A DNA stretch of 64,000 bases from Eledone cirrhosa (Eukaryota), in assembly GCA_964016885.1 (NCBI GenBank), contig OZ024740.1, positions 308,946,001 to 309,010,000 of the forward strand, read 5' to 3'. This document shows positions 11,318 to 24,940 of this stretch, piece by piece. Within the stretch, counting starts at the first letter, position 1; every line of letters starts with the position of its first letter. Position numbers and translations under genes: made by a program. The notes below the pieces were generated by a model, which searched no databases, was not told the DNA's origin, and saw nothing but the letters and a program-made list of their open reading frames with translations.

Positions 11318-13223
11318 AATGTTAAACTTAAATATTATATTACAAAAGTTATGCTCCTATAATCATGATATGCGGGTTATGTGAAAAAATCATAAAGGAC
11401 TGCCTGTGGCTATAAGTGAAATATATAAACTTCGATACTCAAAACCTAAATACTTAATGCTGGACAAACTTCCACAAAAGTACCTTATAATTTTATTTGT
11501 GCCAGATTCTCTGTCTATCACAAAGTTAGCTTTCCTTGATGTACCTCATAGCTTTCTTTGAAAAATTCAAAATCTTTTAAATTCCATCTTCATACAACAT
11601 TCTGAACAACATTAGCCATACTTACTGAACCATAACACTCCAATCTTTCTTTGCTTCTTTTATTTTCTGACTATCCATTTTTGGCGCAAAAATTACTATG
11701 TTTAATCATGTGACTGTCACCAACCAATAAAATTGCATTTTAAACAAATAGGAATTTTGAGCCAATATTTCTAGCATGAAAATTACTATGCCTAATCAAA
11801 ATTGCATTTTAAACAAATAACAATCCGAGCCACTTTTTTTGTATAAAACAGAAAGAATTTTCGAACTTCAGTTATTTGTGAGACACATCACAGCAGAAAC
11901 ACAAACCTTCCATCTCAATTTTACTTTTGATAATCATAGAACTGTGATATGGGTAAAGTAAATAAATATACTTAAAAGACTCTGGTTGCATTTTGAAATT
12001 CTTTACCTTATACATATATTACCATTGCTTCTGTTTTATTGTTTGTAGATTCTGCCGAATGCATGCCAGAATCCCCGGGAAGCTGAACTGGTGACAGTAT
12101 TCATGAGTGTGTGTGAGAGTGATATGTATATAAATTTAGTTATACTCTGTCACCACTGATTCTAGTTTTCACCAGTATCATTTCTTTTGATTTCTTTAAT
12201 TCCTTAGGGAATAATTTGACCAATTGCTTTTGTTAATTGCTTTATTTGTTTGTTTGTTTTTTTGTTTTTTAATTTATTTTCTTTCAGACTTTAAGTTTTA
12301 ACAATTATCAATGTTCTAAATAAAATTTTAATCAATATTTTATATTAAAATTCTTTAGACTTTATTTTGACTTTATAATAAATTTTAGACTTTTTAGACT
12401 TTAAAAAAAAAATTAATTTGCTAATTTTGATCAAAAGATTTTTCTGCCATTTCTAGGCTATTTTAAACTTTCATAGACTTTTAGATTTTTTAGCAAAAAA
12501 TTGCCCTAATCATAATAAATATAAAACTTAGTGAAATTCCTGAAAATGTTTGGATGTGAATAGTTCTCAAGATATTTGACATTTTTGAAGTTAGTTGAAA
12601 ATAATAGCATGTTGATTACCCTAATTTAGGGCATTTATTCATGAAAAACTTGGCAATACTGCATACAATAATGGTTTCTAATTCAGACATAATGGTACCT
12701 AACCTAGCAGGTTGAATGGGAGGATTTGAACTCAGAGTGTAAAGAGCCGGAAATGATGCAAATCTTTTATATGATAAAATTGACTCCAGTACTTGACTGG
12801 TACTTTATTTCATTGACCCTGTTAGGAAATCATTTGGCCTGATGTCCTAACAATTCTACCAATCCACTACCCTTGGATGATGAATTAAGTCTAATGTCCA
12901 AGGATTCAGAACATAAACCAGAAGAAATACCACAAGGCATCTGGTTTGCTGCTCTAACAATTCTGTCAACTCACCACTTTCTGCTATTACTTAATCCTAT
13001 TAACGTTTTTCAACAACAATTTGAGATTGCCTTTGCCATTTTGTCCACGAGGCACAGCTGAAACACCGCTCTGACCTAGGTGTAGAGTCTGTCACCCACC
13101 CCTTCCCCCTTTCTTTCTTCCTTTGTATAGTAGTCATTGCTCTTGCCCTCCTTTTCCTCTCATTTATGACATTTATAATTCTTTCCAATACTGCTTTCTT
13201 TTTTTGTATGTTTAACCAAATAG

Positions 13224-13390
13224 GCAGTGACTTGGCAGTCATTAAGACGTCGGATAGAATTTTTTATGGTATTCATCCCACCTCATTGCGCGCTCTGAGT
13301 TCAAATACCGCTGGGGTCAACTTTGCCTTTCATCCTTTTGAAGTCGAAGTCGATAAAAAAAGTACCAGTCCAGTACTGGGATCGATTCTT
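13224..13390 (+). mobile_element. SINE family A, diverged
   Basis: TTGGCAG head, CTGAGTTCAAAT, CTTTGCCTTTCATCC, AAGTACCAGT. Confidence 0.7.
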
Positions 13391-13855
13391 CCTCTATATA
13401 AAAAAATCGGCTGTGTTTAGACCTTGAGAGGGATGGGTTCTGCCAGGTTTAAAAGTGACCTAGACATGCTGTATATTGGTGCCTCTACGACTCCACAAGG
13501 AGTTATGGGATCTTTATTCCTCATCCCCTTTTTCAACCAAATAAAAATTTCACTTCAAAACTTGAGAGTGGAAAATAACAATGGATACAGCAGCCTGAAA
13601 TGAATCATATATCTTGTGTTTACTGAGGAGCTAATATGCAAATCATTCACACCATTTGCTTTCAAATTGTTGTTTCCATATAATATAGATTGGGACAAGG
13701 CCACACATTTCTTTTTTACCCTAGTACTTCATTGGTTGATTCTTTATTGACTTGGAATAAGGAAATACAGTATTGACCTCAGCAGACTTGAACTCAAGGC
13801 CATAACTAAATACTGCAATGTAGTCTGTCTGATGCTCTAACAATTATTCCTCCTC

Positions 13856-14230
13856 TTCCTCACCACCACCAATACAACCACCACCACCGTCACCACCACC
13901 GTCACCGTCACCACCACCACCACCGTCACCACCACCACCACCACCACCACCACCGTCACCACCACCACCACCACCACCACCATCACCACCACCACCACCA
14001 CTGCCACCACCACCGCCACCACTGCCACCACCACCACTGCCGCCACCACCACCACCGCCACTACCACCACTGCCACCACCACCACCACTGCCACCACCAC
14101 CACCACCACCGCCACCGCCAACACCACCACTATCACCACCGCCACCACCAACACCACCACTACCACCACCACCACCACTGCCACCACTGCCACCACCACT
14201 GCCGCCACCACCACCACCACCACCACCACC
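13856..14230. repeat. Imperfect (CAC)n trinucleotide repeat
   Basis: Direct inspection; source of the poly-Val ORF. Confidence 0.97.
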
Positions 14231-14277
14231 AAAACATTCATAGCATGATTTATATTTGTTTATTATATTATATATAG

Positions 14278-14502
14278 AGGGTGGTGGATTGGCAGAATCG
14301 GTAGAGCATTGGACACCATGCTCTGTGGTACAGTTACAGTTCTTTGCGTTCTGAGTTCAAATAACACTGAGGTTAGCTCTGCCTTTTATCCATCCTTACA
14401 GGATCAATAAAATAAAGTACCAGTAACACACTGGGGTCGATTTAATCAACATTCCACTTCCCTTCAAATTGCTGGCCTTGTGCCAAATGTAGAAACAATA
14501 AT
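14278..14502 (+). mobile_element. SINE family A, full length
   Basis: GGGTGGTGGATTGGCAGAATCGGTAGAG head through GTAGAAACAATAATT tail. Confidence 0.85.
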
Positions 14503-16110
14503 TATATTATTTATGCCATCATATACACTTCTACTATACAAATTTTGTACAAACATTTGGTCTTGGATCCAATCAATATAGAAATCAATATTCAAAATGG
14601 TCATTATCAATTATCTCTGTGTTCACCATTATTTTCATTGCCTTTATTTTTGGTTGGACATGGATTACAATTGTTGTGATCAATGACTAGAGATGTACTT
14701 TAGTTATTTACATCAATGGTTAGCCCAATTTATCTGTGCTTTTATTCATAGATATTATTAAATTAATGTCCAAACTACAGGATTTTAGCCACTGGTTTAT
14801 TAACTGTAATTTGTGTTCATTTTCTTACACTGATGTCTTTTCTCTCTCTCTCTCCCTCTCTTTCTAGCTCCCCCCTCTACCCCCTCTGTCTCTAGCTCTC
14901 TCACCCCACTTCTCTCTCCTTTCAAGTATGGCATAAATTTATTTTTCTATCATTTGGTCTTTTAACATTACTTTATAGCATATCATGTCATTCTCTTCAT
15001 AATTATATCTTGTATTCATAATTATTATAACTGTATTTACTAATGATTGAGTATTACACATATGTCAGTATTAAGTTTATTTATCTCTATAATTTTTTAA
15101 GCTAAGTTTCTTTCAAGATGATTAGGTAGATAAAGTATCAGGTTGCCAGTTCATGTTTATGAGTTCATACTGCACTGTAGGTATCAAATTATATTTTCTC
15201 CAGGAAAGGTTACTTGTAACAGACTAACATCCTCTTTAAGAAGATATTTATTTTGCTCTTTTTCTTATTTACTTAGCCTGAGGAAACTTCAGGCTTAATG
15301 AAAGGATTAACTTTAATATACCTTTTATTTACATTCCGTTTTTATTAATCATGTAAAAAGGGATGCAAGTATGTATTAACTCTTAACATCCTGTAAGCAG
15401 AAAATATCTAAAAACAGGTTTGTCAACTCAAGTGTTTATAGTATAGTGAAAAATTGCAATGTTAGAGTAAAGGGTTTAATTTTTAATTTGATAGTCATAA
15501 TACAGTTTTATCAAAAGTCCAAAAGCTTAAAACTCAACATGATAAAGGCCAAAATATTAATTAGTAACAGAAAACAAATATTGAGTATCATCTGAGACTT
15601 GACCTTCTTAGATATATAGGAACATAATACCTAATGTAAGAAATGCATTGAGTCACAATGATATCTCTTCTAGTTTGATGATGTAGGAATGCAAATGTCA
15701 GGAACAGCTAGAAGTAGGAGCTTCCATTAAATAAAGACCATAAACTGCTTGAATGTTTCATGAAGGTAGATTTTACTACCTAGATGATTTAATTAGTTGT
15801 AGTGAAAATATAATAGCTAGAACAAGGAAAGAATTAAAGAAGCTATTACTTTTGTTGGCAATAAAGGGTTTCTTTTTCTTTTTGTGCAAAATGGCCAACT
15901 ATATGAAGAATGTTTAAAGATTGTATTAATGCATGATAGACTTGAGTAGTGAATACAGACGATCTGAGGGGTCTGGAAAGAAATGAATTGGATATGATCT
16001 GCTTTATGATTAATGTTAGCTCGCATAAAAGCAGAGCACAAGTGAACTAAAATTGTGGCTGGATATTGTAGCCATTAGCTGTCACATACGGGAGAGATGA
16101 CTGTACTTGT

Positions 16111-16290
16111 TCGGGTGGTTTTCTGCTAGCATGTGTAGTGTGTATATTGATATTATACGCAAGTATATATGCATGTAGATATGATGCATCAAATAAAACC
16201 GTAATTGACAATATACACAGAAATTGAACGAAGACTGTGTTACACAGTCTTCTGTAATCAGTAACGTAATCCATGATGCATTAAAAAAAG
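16111..16290 (-). repeat. Inverted copy of the putative Helitron 3'-terminal ~180 bp
   Basis: Reverse complement aligns with 23326-23492 up to ATGCTAGCAGAAAAC..CCCGA. Confidence 0.75.
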
Positions 16291-16757
16291 ATGATATTAT
16301 ATATAAACTGCATTAGGAGAAAATTAGTGACAGAAATATATGAATATTTATTTAAACAATCGGAAGTGTTGACATTTGAAAATTTTAAAGAAGTGAATCT
16401 TTAAATAAGTAATAAAATATATTTAATGAACAGCCACGAAATTTAGTAGATAAATTATGTAATATTCATTAATTATTTATTCAAAATAATCCAACTTATT
16501 TTACTAAGGGATAAAAAATTATAAATCGTACACAGTCCCATGCTTCTTACTGTATTATAGTTTAGATTAAGCACTGTTGTACGCCCATTGATTAGATATA
16601 TATAAATGTAATAGCATATAAATTCTGTTTGATATCTAATCAATGGGCGTTGCATAAGTACATAGTCTAACCCACACACGTATATATATATGCATGTGTG
16701 GTGTGTTTATGTGTGTGTATATGTGTGTATCTGTGTGTGTGCATAAGTGTTTGTGTA

Positions 16758-19232
16758 TATCATCATCATCATCATCATCATCAGGTTTAGCGTCCGTGTT
16801 CCACGCTTGCATGGGTTTAGACGGGAGTTTTCCCACTTGAGGCAAGAGTGGTTGTCTTGCTCGCATAGGACTGTCTGGCGGGTTTTCTACAGCTGGATAC
16901 CCTTCCTAACACCAACCACATTTACAGTGTGGGGCTGGGAGGTTTTTACCGTGTTACCTACACGGCCACATTACAGCGTGGACTGTGTGTTTTTTTTGTC
17001 GTGACACCTACACGATCTCATTTGTTTCGGCCTGGATGTTGTGGCACCAACATAACTTTACATTGAAAGGGGCGATGTGGATGGGGTGGGGGTGGTGGGA
17101 CGGGGGTGTATTTTGTTAGAGGTGCCTACTGACTGTAGCAGGTTTTACTTTGTATTTAGGTAAGGCGGGTCTTCTCTATTACTGAGTACCGCCAAAGATC
17201 TTGGTCCAGTGACATTGTCTTGGAGAGGTGTAAGTGTGTGAGGTCGGAATTTATCAGGTCGTCCCAGGTTTTTCTGGGTCTGCCTACTCCGTGGCTACCG
17301 TCTATCTTTATTGCCCTGCACTTTTTTATACAGCTGTCGTCTTTCATGCGCATCACATGACCATACCAACGTAGCCTTCTCTCGAGTAAACAACATCTGA
17401 TCCCTCTTATTTCTAATTTTTTCCTTAGCTCGTTTATGCTTTGTCGTTCACGTATATTACTATTACACATCCAGCGGAGCATGCAAGCTTCATTCCTCTC
17501 TAGTCTGCGTATATCCTCTGCACACAATGCCCAGGTCTCACTGCCATGCAACATTGCTGTTCATATGCAGGCATCATACAACCTGCCTTTCATTTTTAGG
17601 GAGAACCCTTTAGCGGCTAATAGTGGTATAAGCTCTCTGAACTTTTTCCATCCAGTTCTGACTCTAGCTACTGTACTTTCAGAGCACCCTCCCACACTGC
17701 TGATTTTGTCACCCAGGTAACGGAAGCTGTCCACTATTTCTATAGAACCCTCTGGGCAATTGAAAGAGCTAGTATTTTGTGGGCACTTGCTGCTACTTAT
17801 TGCACCAGAGCACCGGCCACATGTAAAATCTATGTTCTTAGTTAGTTTACCTGTGATCCCACTACATCTTTTATGCACCCATACTTTGCATTTGGGACAT
17901 AAAATGGAGTTTCTAGCTACGCCTTTCCTACACACTGAGCATGGCCATTTCCCGGAAGGGACCGGCGCCTTATTTTCTTTCCTACAAACTAGAACTTTAG
18001 TCTTAGCCAGGTTAATTTTAAGGCCTTTTGATTCTAGGCCGTGCTTCCATGTTTGGAATTTCTTCTCTAGCTCGGCCATTGATTCAGCTATGAGTGTTAG
18101 ATCATCTGCGTATAGGAGTTCCCATGGGCAGCCGGTCTTGAACTCCACTGTTATAGCCTGAAGGGCAATAATAAATAGTAGGGGGCTAAGAACGGAGCCC
18201 TGATGAACACCAACTTTTACGCTAAACTCTTCACTATATTCGTTGTTAATTCTAACCTTGCTGACTGTTTCTTTATACATGGCTTGTATAGCTCTCACAA
18301 GCCATTCATCAACACCTAGTTTTCTAAGTGCCCACCAGATAATGGAACGGGGGACTCTGTCGAAGGCTTTCTCCAAGTCGACAAAAGCTAAGTATAGGGG
18401 TTTACTTTTAGCTAGGTACTTCTCCTGTAGTTGTCGTACAATGAAAAGAGCGTCTGTGGTACTTTTGCCTGACACAAACCCGAACTGCATTTCATCTAGA
18501 TCAATTCTCTCTCTGATTAGTTGCGCTATTACTTTTTCCGTGACCTTCATGACCTGGTAGATTAATTTAATGCCTCTATAGTTACTCCTATCTAAGGCAT
18601 CTCCTTTACGCTTGTAACAGTTAATGATGATGCTGCTACGCCAGTCCTTCGGAACAACCCCATTCTGTATGACTTGGTTTACTATCCGGGTGACCATGGT
18701 GTGTCCCACCGTTCCAGTGGCTTTCAGCATCTCAGCAACTATTTCCGAAGGCCCAGCCGCCTTACCCATCTTCATATCTTTGATCGCCTTACTTATTATA
18801 CTACCTTCGACTAACACTGCTGGTCCCTCTATTGGGTCGAAGTGGGGGAGACTGTCTTTCTCCCATTTATTCTCCTCATTTAGTAGCCTTTCGTAGTGAC
18901 ACTTCCAAGCTACCTTCTTATCAGCATCAGTGATGGCAAGTACGCCATCATCATTAAGTACACACTTCTCCCCGACAATATCACGGTTTTCCTTGACACA
19001 TTGCCTAGCAATCCTGAACACCTCACGTTTTTGGTCCTCGCGTTGTAGAACATGCTTGAACTTTCTTTCCTCTGCTTCCCTTCTTGCGAAGTACACTTGT
19101 CTCCTAGCTTCCCTCCTGGCCACTTGATAGTCTTCTCTACTTCCCCCATCCCGCCATACTTTCCAAGCCTGCTTTTTGGCCTTAATTGACTCCTCCCCCT
19201 TACTGTTCTACCACGATGTTACTCTCCTCCTG
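16758..19232 (-). mobile_element. RTE-clade LINE (family A, PHD-like finger), 5'-truncated
   Basis: RT motifs NYRGIKL, FVDLEKAFD, GVHQGSVLSP, LLYADD; Cys/His finger CSVC..CPKC..HKRC..CGRC; a single CGA>TGA stop at 17561 splits the 520-aa and 132-aa ORFs in frame; 3' UTR and (GAT)n tail. Confidence 0.95.
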
Positions 19233-19289
19233 CGTGTGTGTATCTGTTTGCTTATGTGTGTGCGTTTATGTCCGTGTGTGTGTCTCGTG

Positions 19290-19545
19290 ATTGTAAAGTT
19301 GAGAGTTTGAATCATATCAGTGCATTGTGGTCTTGAGCAAGACACTTTATTTCACCTTTCTTCTCCCCACTGAAGTAAAAAAAAGTATACTCTGCCAGTA
19401 AGTCAAAGAACCAATGTAGTCCCACCCTGACACCCTCCTTTATACGTGTCTATGGAATGCTCAGACACACTCACCTTAATTTTAGGCAGTTCCATTTGAG
19501 AAACCTAGCTGGAAGAATCCTCGTCACAAGCAATAGGCTACCATC
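19290..19545 (+). mobile_element. SINE family B, diverged
   Basis: CTTGAGCAAGACACTTTATTTCAC core. Confidence 0.6.
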
Positions 19546-19709
19546 ATACATATGAACACATAGACACACACACACACGTTTCAAAGAGAATAGAAGAGAT
19601 CAATAAAATAAGTACTAGATTTTAAAATATATGTACTGGAATTGAGGTCAAGAAAATCCTTTAATCGTGGTACCCCAGCATGGGCACAGTCTAACGTCTG
19701 AAATAAGTG

Positions 19710-22700
19710 CAGGCCAGAGAATTGTTCTTCCTCCTTCAATCTATGGTCCCCCTCGCTTCTACAGTGAGTGTTTTCAGAATTCGATGACTGTGGTTCGACA
19801 CATGGGAAAGCTATCTTATTTCATCACGGTAACAACTAACCCTAACTGGGATGAAATAAAAAATAGTTTGCACCCTGGTGAAGAACCTAGAGATCGTCCT
19901 AATATTTGTGCAAGAGTCTTCAAGATCAAGTATGACAACCTCATGGATGACATACTGAAAAAAAATGTCCTAGAAAAAGTTGTGGCTCTTTCTGCTACAA
20001 TAGAGTGGCAGAAAACGAAGCCTCACTCATGCTCATATTCTGCTGATAATGGCTGAAGATAGCAAGCCCAAAACTGCTGATGCCATTGATCAAGTAGTGT
20101 ACTGTGAGATTTCTGATAAAGAGACCAATCCAATTCTGCATAAGATCATCACATCCTGCAACATTCATGGCCCATGTGGACAAGCTAATATGATGTGCTC
20201 ATATATGAAAGGGCTAGGACAACAACGCCATTGCTCAAAAGGTTATCCCAAGGCTCTCAGACAAACAACATTTGTTGCCGAAAATTCCTTTCCGGAGTAT
20301 AGAAGGGATAGACAGCATGGTGGTCACACCCATACAATCCAACTTAAAGGTGAGGAATTTACTGGTGATAATCGTTGGATTGTTCCATACAACCCTTTCC
20401 TCTCATTGAGATATCAGTGCCACATCAATGGTGAGGTTGACCACAGTGTCAAGGCTGTTAAGTACTTATATAAGTACATCACAAAAGGATCAGACAAGAT
20501 CACTTTCACTATTAAGGATGATCAAGGAAATAGTGTCCATGCCCAAAATGATTGAGACCTATATCAATGCATGGTACATCTCAGCCAGTGAAGCATTCTG
20601 GAGAATCTATAAATTTCCATTACATGATCGAAAACCGCCAGTTGAAAAGTTGTCTTGCCCTTTACCTGGGGAACAAATGGTCGTGTATGAGCGAGGGCAG
20701 GAAGAAAGTATTGTTTCTAGAGGACAGCCAATGACTAAGTTGACGGAATATTTACAACTGAATATTACAGACCCACTGGCAAAAAACATATTGTATATTG
20801 ATATTCCTAAATATTTCACTTGGACAAACAAAAAGTGGCCAAGAAGAAAAACGGGACATCTGGATGGTGATCAACAATTTATGAGTGAATCTCTTGGATG
20901 CATTCCAACAGTATCTCTTAGTAGACATCAATCTGAATTATATTACCTCAGGATGATCCTACATCACAAGGCTAGGTCAACTTCATACAACGATTTGAGG
21001 ACAATTGAAGGAGTTGAATTTCCAACATTCCAAGAAGCATGCAGGAAACTTGGTCTGTTAGATCAAGATGGAGAAAAAGACAAAGCTATGGAAGTGGCCT
21101 CATCCATTACGCTTGGTCCTCAGCTGCGAGAGATCTTCTGCACCATTTTATTGTACAGCATGCCAAATGACCCTCTGCAGTTCTGGGAGAAATGGAAGAA
21201 TTGTCTTGCAGAGGATATCATGCATGAACGTCATGAGCAAGTCATGTTCAAGTAAACCATACAGATTGTTCTACAGAAGATCCAACAAAGACTTCAACAT
21301 GATGGTTTGGACATTCATGCCAACTATGGACTTCCTCGGCCAGACCTAACTATTGTTGCCATACCAGAAATCAACAGGGTTCTTATGGCAGAAACTGATT
21401 TCAATACACACCAACTGCAAGCAAACATAAATGAACTTCTGCCAACATTGAATCCTGAACAACTGGTTATTTTTACAAAGTAATCACCTCTGTAAATGAA
21501 AATAAAGGCAAAATTTTCTGCTTGAATGCAAGTGCAGGTACAGGAAAGACCTATGTCATAAACATCCTATTGGATTACCTCCGATCTAAAAAAAAAATTG
21601 TACCTGCCTCTACTATATCTGGAATAGCAGCCACTTTGCTTCACAAAGGTATAACTCTTCATTTCAAGTGCAAGATTCCTGTCAATGTGACTGCTGAATC
21701 AACTTGTGTCTTCACAAAGAGGGATGACACAGGTAAACTTATGCAGCAAGCTGACCTGCTAATCATTAATGAGATAAGATTGGGACACAAGCATATCTTT
21801 GAATGCCTTGACAGGAGCTTCAAAGATGTTTGAGATTGCAAAAAGCCATTTGGTGGTCTAACAATTACTATCTGGTGACTGGAAGCAAATTCTTCCAGTT
21901 GTACGTCATGGTGCTAGAACACAAATAGTTGAGGCAACCATCAAGAGATCCTATCTCTGGGACTATGTGGAAACCATGGAGATGACAACAAATCAACGGT
22001 TAATTAATGCAGAGGATTCTGATGAAAGACAGTTTGCAAACTACCTTCTTGATGTAGGAAATGGTAACATTCTAACTGTTCCAACTGTAGGTACATTCAC
22101 AATTCTTCTGCCAAATGAACTTTGTCTGGAATATGGTAATGTGTCTGGACTGTGGGATTGTGTGTATACAAATCTTCCAGGAAACTACACAAGCTCACTA
22201 TGGCTTGCAAATAGAGCCATTATCACTCCAACAAATGATGCAGCAAGATTGGTGAATGAGTTCATGGTCAACAAGTTCCCTGGTCAACAAGTTCCCTGGT
22301 CATGAAATAATCTACAGAAGCTCTGATACAGTAGATAATTGTTTCTACTTTAGGCACAAGGCCAGCAATTACCCAGTGCATTACTGGTACTTTATTTTAT
22401 CGACCCCGCAAGGATGAAAGGCAAACTCAACCTCGGCGGGATTTGAACTCAGATCGTAAAGGGACGTAACTATGCTGGAAAGCATGGCGTCCGACCCTCT
22501 ATCGATACTGCCAATCCACCGCCCATACAGTAGATAATGAACTGATACAGTAGATAATGAACTGCAATATCAAATTGAGTTCATCAACAAACTTACCCCA
22601 TCAGGCTTCCCAACACACATACTTAAACTGAAGAAAGGCAGTTGCATCATGCTTCTAAGAAATCTGGATCCTATAAACGGGCATTGCAATGGTACATGCT

Positions 22701-23511
22701 ACATCACCATCAGTTTACATAATCATGTAATTGAAGCTGAAGTGTCATTGGGTCCCAATGCTGGAACAAGGTTGCTAATCCCAAGGATACCACATGTATC
22801 TCAAGAGCTTGAGTTCCCTTTCACCTTTACTCGCAAGCAATTTCCTGTCAAACCAGCCTTTGCCCTTACATGCAACAAGGCACATGGGCAGACATTTGAA
22901 AAGATAGGTGTATATCTACCAACACAATTCTTCTCACATGGTCAGATGTATGTTGCATTATCATGAGTTACAAAAGATGAAAATATAAAAATATTAAATG
23001 AAAGGGGTCTGTTTGTTGACAACTGTGTCTACAAAGAAATTCTACAGTGATGTGAAACAGCTATCACTCTCTTTTAGTTGAAATGCATTTCAGTTACTTT
23101 TCAACTGCTAGAAAGGGACACTACAAAAACTTAAGAAGTCTATATGTGAATACAGTAAAACAACAATATAGCGAAGGTCAACTCTTCATATTGGTAAATG
23201 TAATTCATTCATTCATACCAGCAGCATCTATTTTCAAATTCACTGCTTGAAGCTTCCCATCGACATTCTCAAGTGAAGATTCATGAACATTTTCCGTCAA
23301 CAGTTTCATCGCTTTTCCATCTCGCCTTTTTTTTAAATGTATCATGGATTACTTTACTGATTACAGAAGTAAGTGTAACACAGTCTTTGTTCAGTTTATG
23401 TGCATATTGTCAATTTACGTATTATATCTATGTGCATATATATTTGCGTATATCAATATACACACTATATATGCTAGCAGAAAACTGCCCGAAGGGCAGT
23501 TCTTCTGCTAG
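19710..23511 (+). mobile_element. Helitron, decayed Rep-PIF1 helicase with 3' hairpin-CTAG terminus
   Basis: Rep motifs YFITVTTNPNW, IEWQK..HAH, KYLYKYITKG; helicase Walker A ASAGTGKT, MLLRNLD..GHCNGT, QFPVKPAFALTCNKAHGQT, FSHGQMYVALS; many frameshifts; hairpin AACTGCCC-GAA-GGGCAGTT then CTAG|T at 23508-23511. Confidence 0.93.
22340..22524 (-). mobile_element. SINE family A inserted in the Helitron helicase, 14-bp TSD
   Basis: ATACAGTAGATAAT at 22326-22339 and 22525-22538; adjacent 20-bp tandem duplication 22525-22564. Confidence 0.92.
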
Positions 23512-24053
23512 TAATAATAACCCAGAAATATATTGGCTGTTCTTCAATGCTACTGTTGAACAAATGGATGACGATGGTCATCAAAAACAAATCATAGCAT
23601 AATGAAGCTGTTTGCTTGCAAATGAATCGAATGTTATTATATTTTGATATAAAACCCCAAAAAATCAAATTCTTATTTTGTTCATAATGAAAGAATTCTA
23701 GATAAATTATTCATTGAAACACCTGTATGTAGAGGATTTGGTTTTGATAAAGAACTCATTTAGGAACTAGAAAAAAGAGTTGAAGTTTTGAAAAAATTTA
23801 CTAGCTTGTTTCTCAGGTTGTCAATGTTTGGCCCCAGGTCATTCTTATTTGGGTAAACCTATGATCAGAGACATTCTAGCTGTGATCAGCCTGTTTTTCC
23901 TTTTATTTTTTTCAGGCATATTCTATCCAGAGCTACAATATCCAATGTGTTCTTTCATTCTTTAAGATGATAAAGTATTATTTGTTGGTGATTTGACTGC
24001 TGTTCTAGCAGGTCAAGCTATAACATAGAGGCTCTTTTGTTGGGTCATCATGT

Positions 24054-24281
24054 TTAACTCTTTAGAATTTACATTACTCTATATAGTCTATTGTATTTTC
24101 ACAGTAAAGGCTTTACCTCACATAATTATCTCACATAATATTGAAGCCATGAGATTTTGATGTCATTTACTTTGAGAACAATACCTTAATATCAGTATGA
24201 GCAGCTGGTTACAGCAAGTTTGAACAGAAAGAGGTGAGAGAATTCTGGCTGATACAGCCGGTTTAAATGCTAAAAGGTTAA
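24054..24281. mobile_element. piggyBac-like MITE
   Basis: TTAA on both sides; imperfect TIRs CTCTTTAGAATTTA / TAAATGCTAAAAGG. Confidence 0.55.
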
Positions 24282-24689
24282 GGCATTAATTTATAGAAAA
24301 AGATTCAATACATTAGAAAAAATTAAATGTATAATGACTGCATTGATGTTATGCAATCTTAGATAAACTGTTAAAAAATTTAACCCTAGGTCATGATATA
24401 TATCTATTACAAATTAATAATGTCACCAACTAAAGTTAGATGACAACAAACTGACCTCCAGGTATGCTAGATAGAGCAGATTAGATTATTTTATTATATA
24501 ATGTTTGCCCCAGTTTATTATGTAATGACCATGATAATAAATGGGTAGCAAACATCAGGAGAAATAGTTTCTTTTCAAGAATTAAGAAAGGGATACTAGT
24601 TTAATATACATCAAATAAAGGATTTTATGAGTAACTTACTAGATATGAAATCAAAATTTATAAGGTGGCAGTACTGGAGTCATAATAAA

Positions 24690-24940
24690 ATGCTCCTAGT
24701 AAACACTATAAAGTGGTTGGCATTAGGAATGGCATACAGCTGTAGAAACAAAGCCAAAATTGGAGCTTACAAGCAGGATGTAGTCCCCTGAACAGTCTAA
24801 CCTCAGTATATAACAACCTGTCTAATCCATGCAAGCATGGAAATAGATGTTAAACAGTGATGACAATGACAATGATGATGATGGTGATGATGATGATGAT
24901 GATAATGGTGGTTGTGTTGTTGATGATGATGATGATGATG
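24690..24940 (+). mobile_element. RTE-type 3' tail with expanded (GAT)n
   Basis: GTGGTTGGCATTAGGAATGGCATACAGCTGTAG..CATGCAAGCATGGAA..(GAT)n. Confidence 0.7.

Noticed and set aside
13837-14241. Poly-Val (antisense poly-Thr/His/Pro) ORF
   Set aside because: Pure (CAC)n microsatellite with no flanking coding context.
14278-14370. tRNA gene-like A/B boxes
   Set aside because: SINE heads; no cloverleaf, and continuous with SINE core and tail.
16047-16274. Minus ORF ending RKPPEQVQSSLPYVTANGYNIQPQF as a terminal exon
   Set aside because: Mostly the inverted Helitron-end repeat; poor polypyrimidine tract.
17436-19127. Plus-strand ORFs opposite the RTE (and similar ones opposite other LINEs)
   Set aside because: Antisense shadows of retroelement ORFs.
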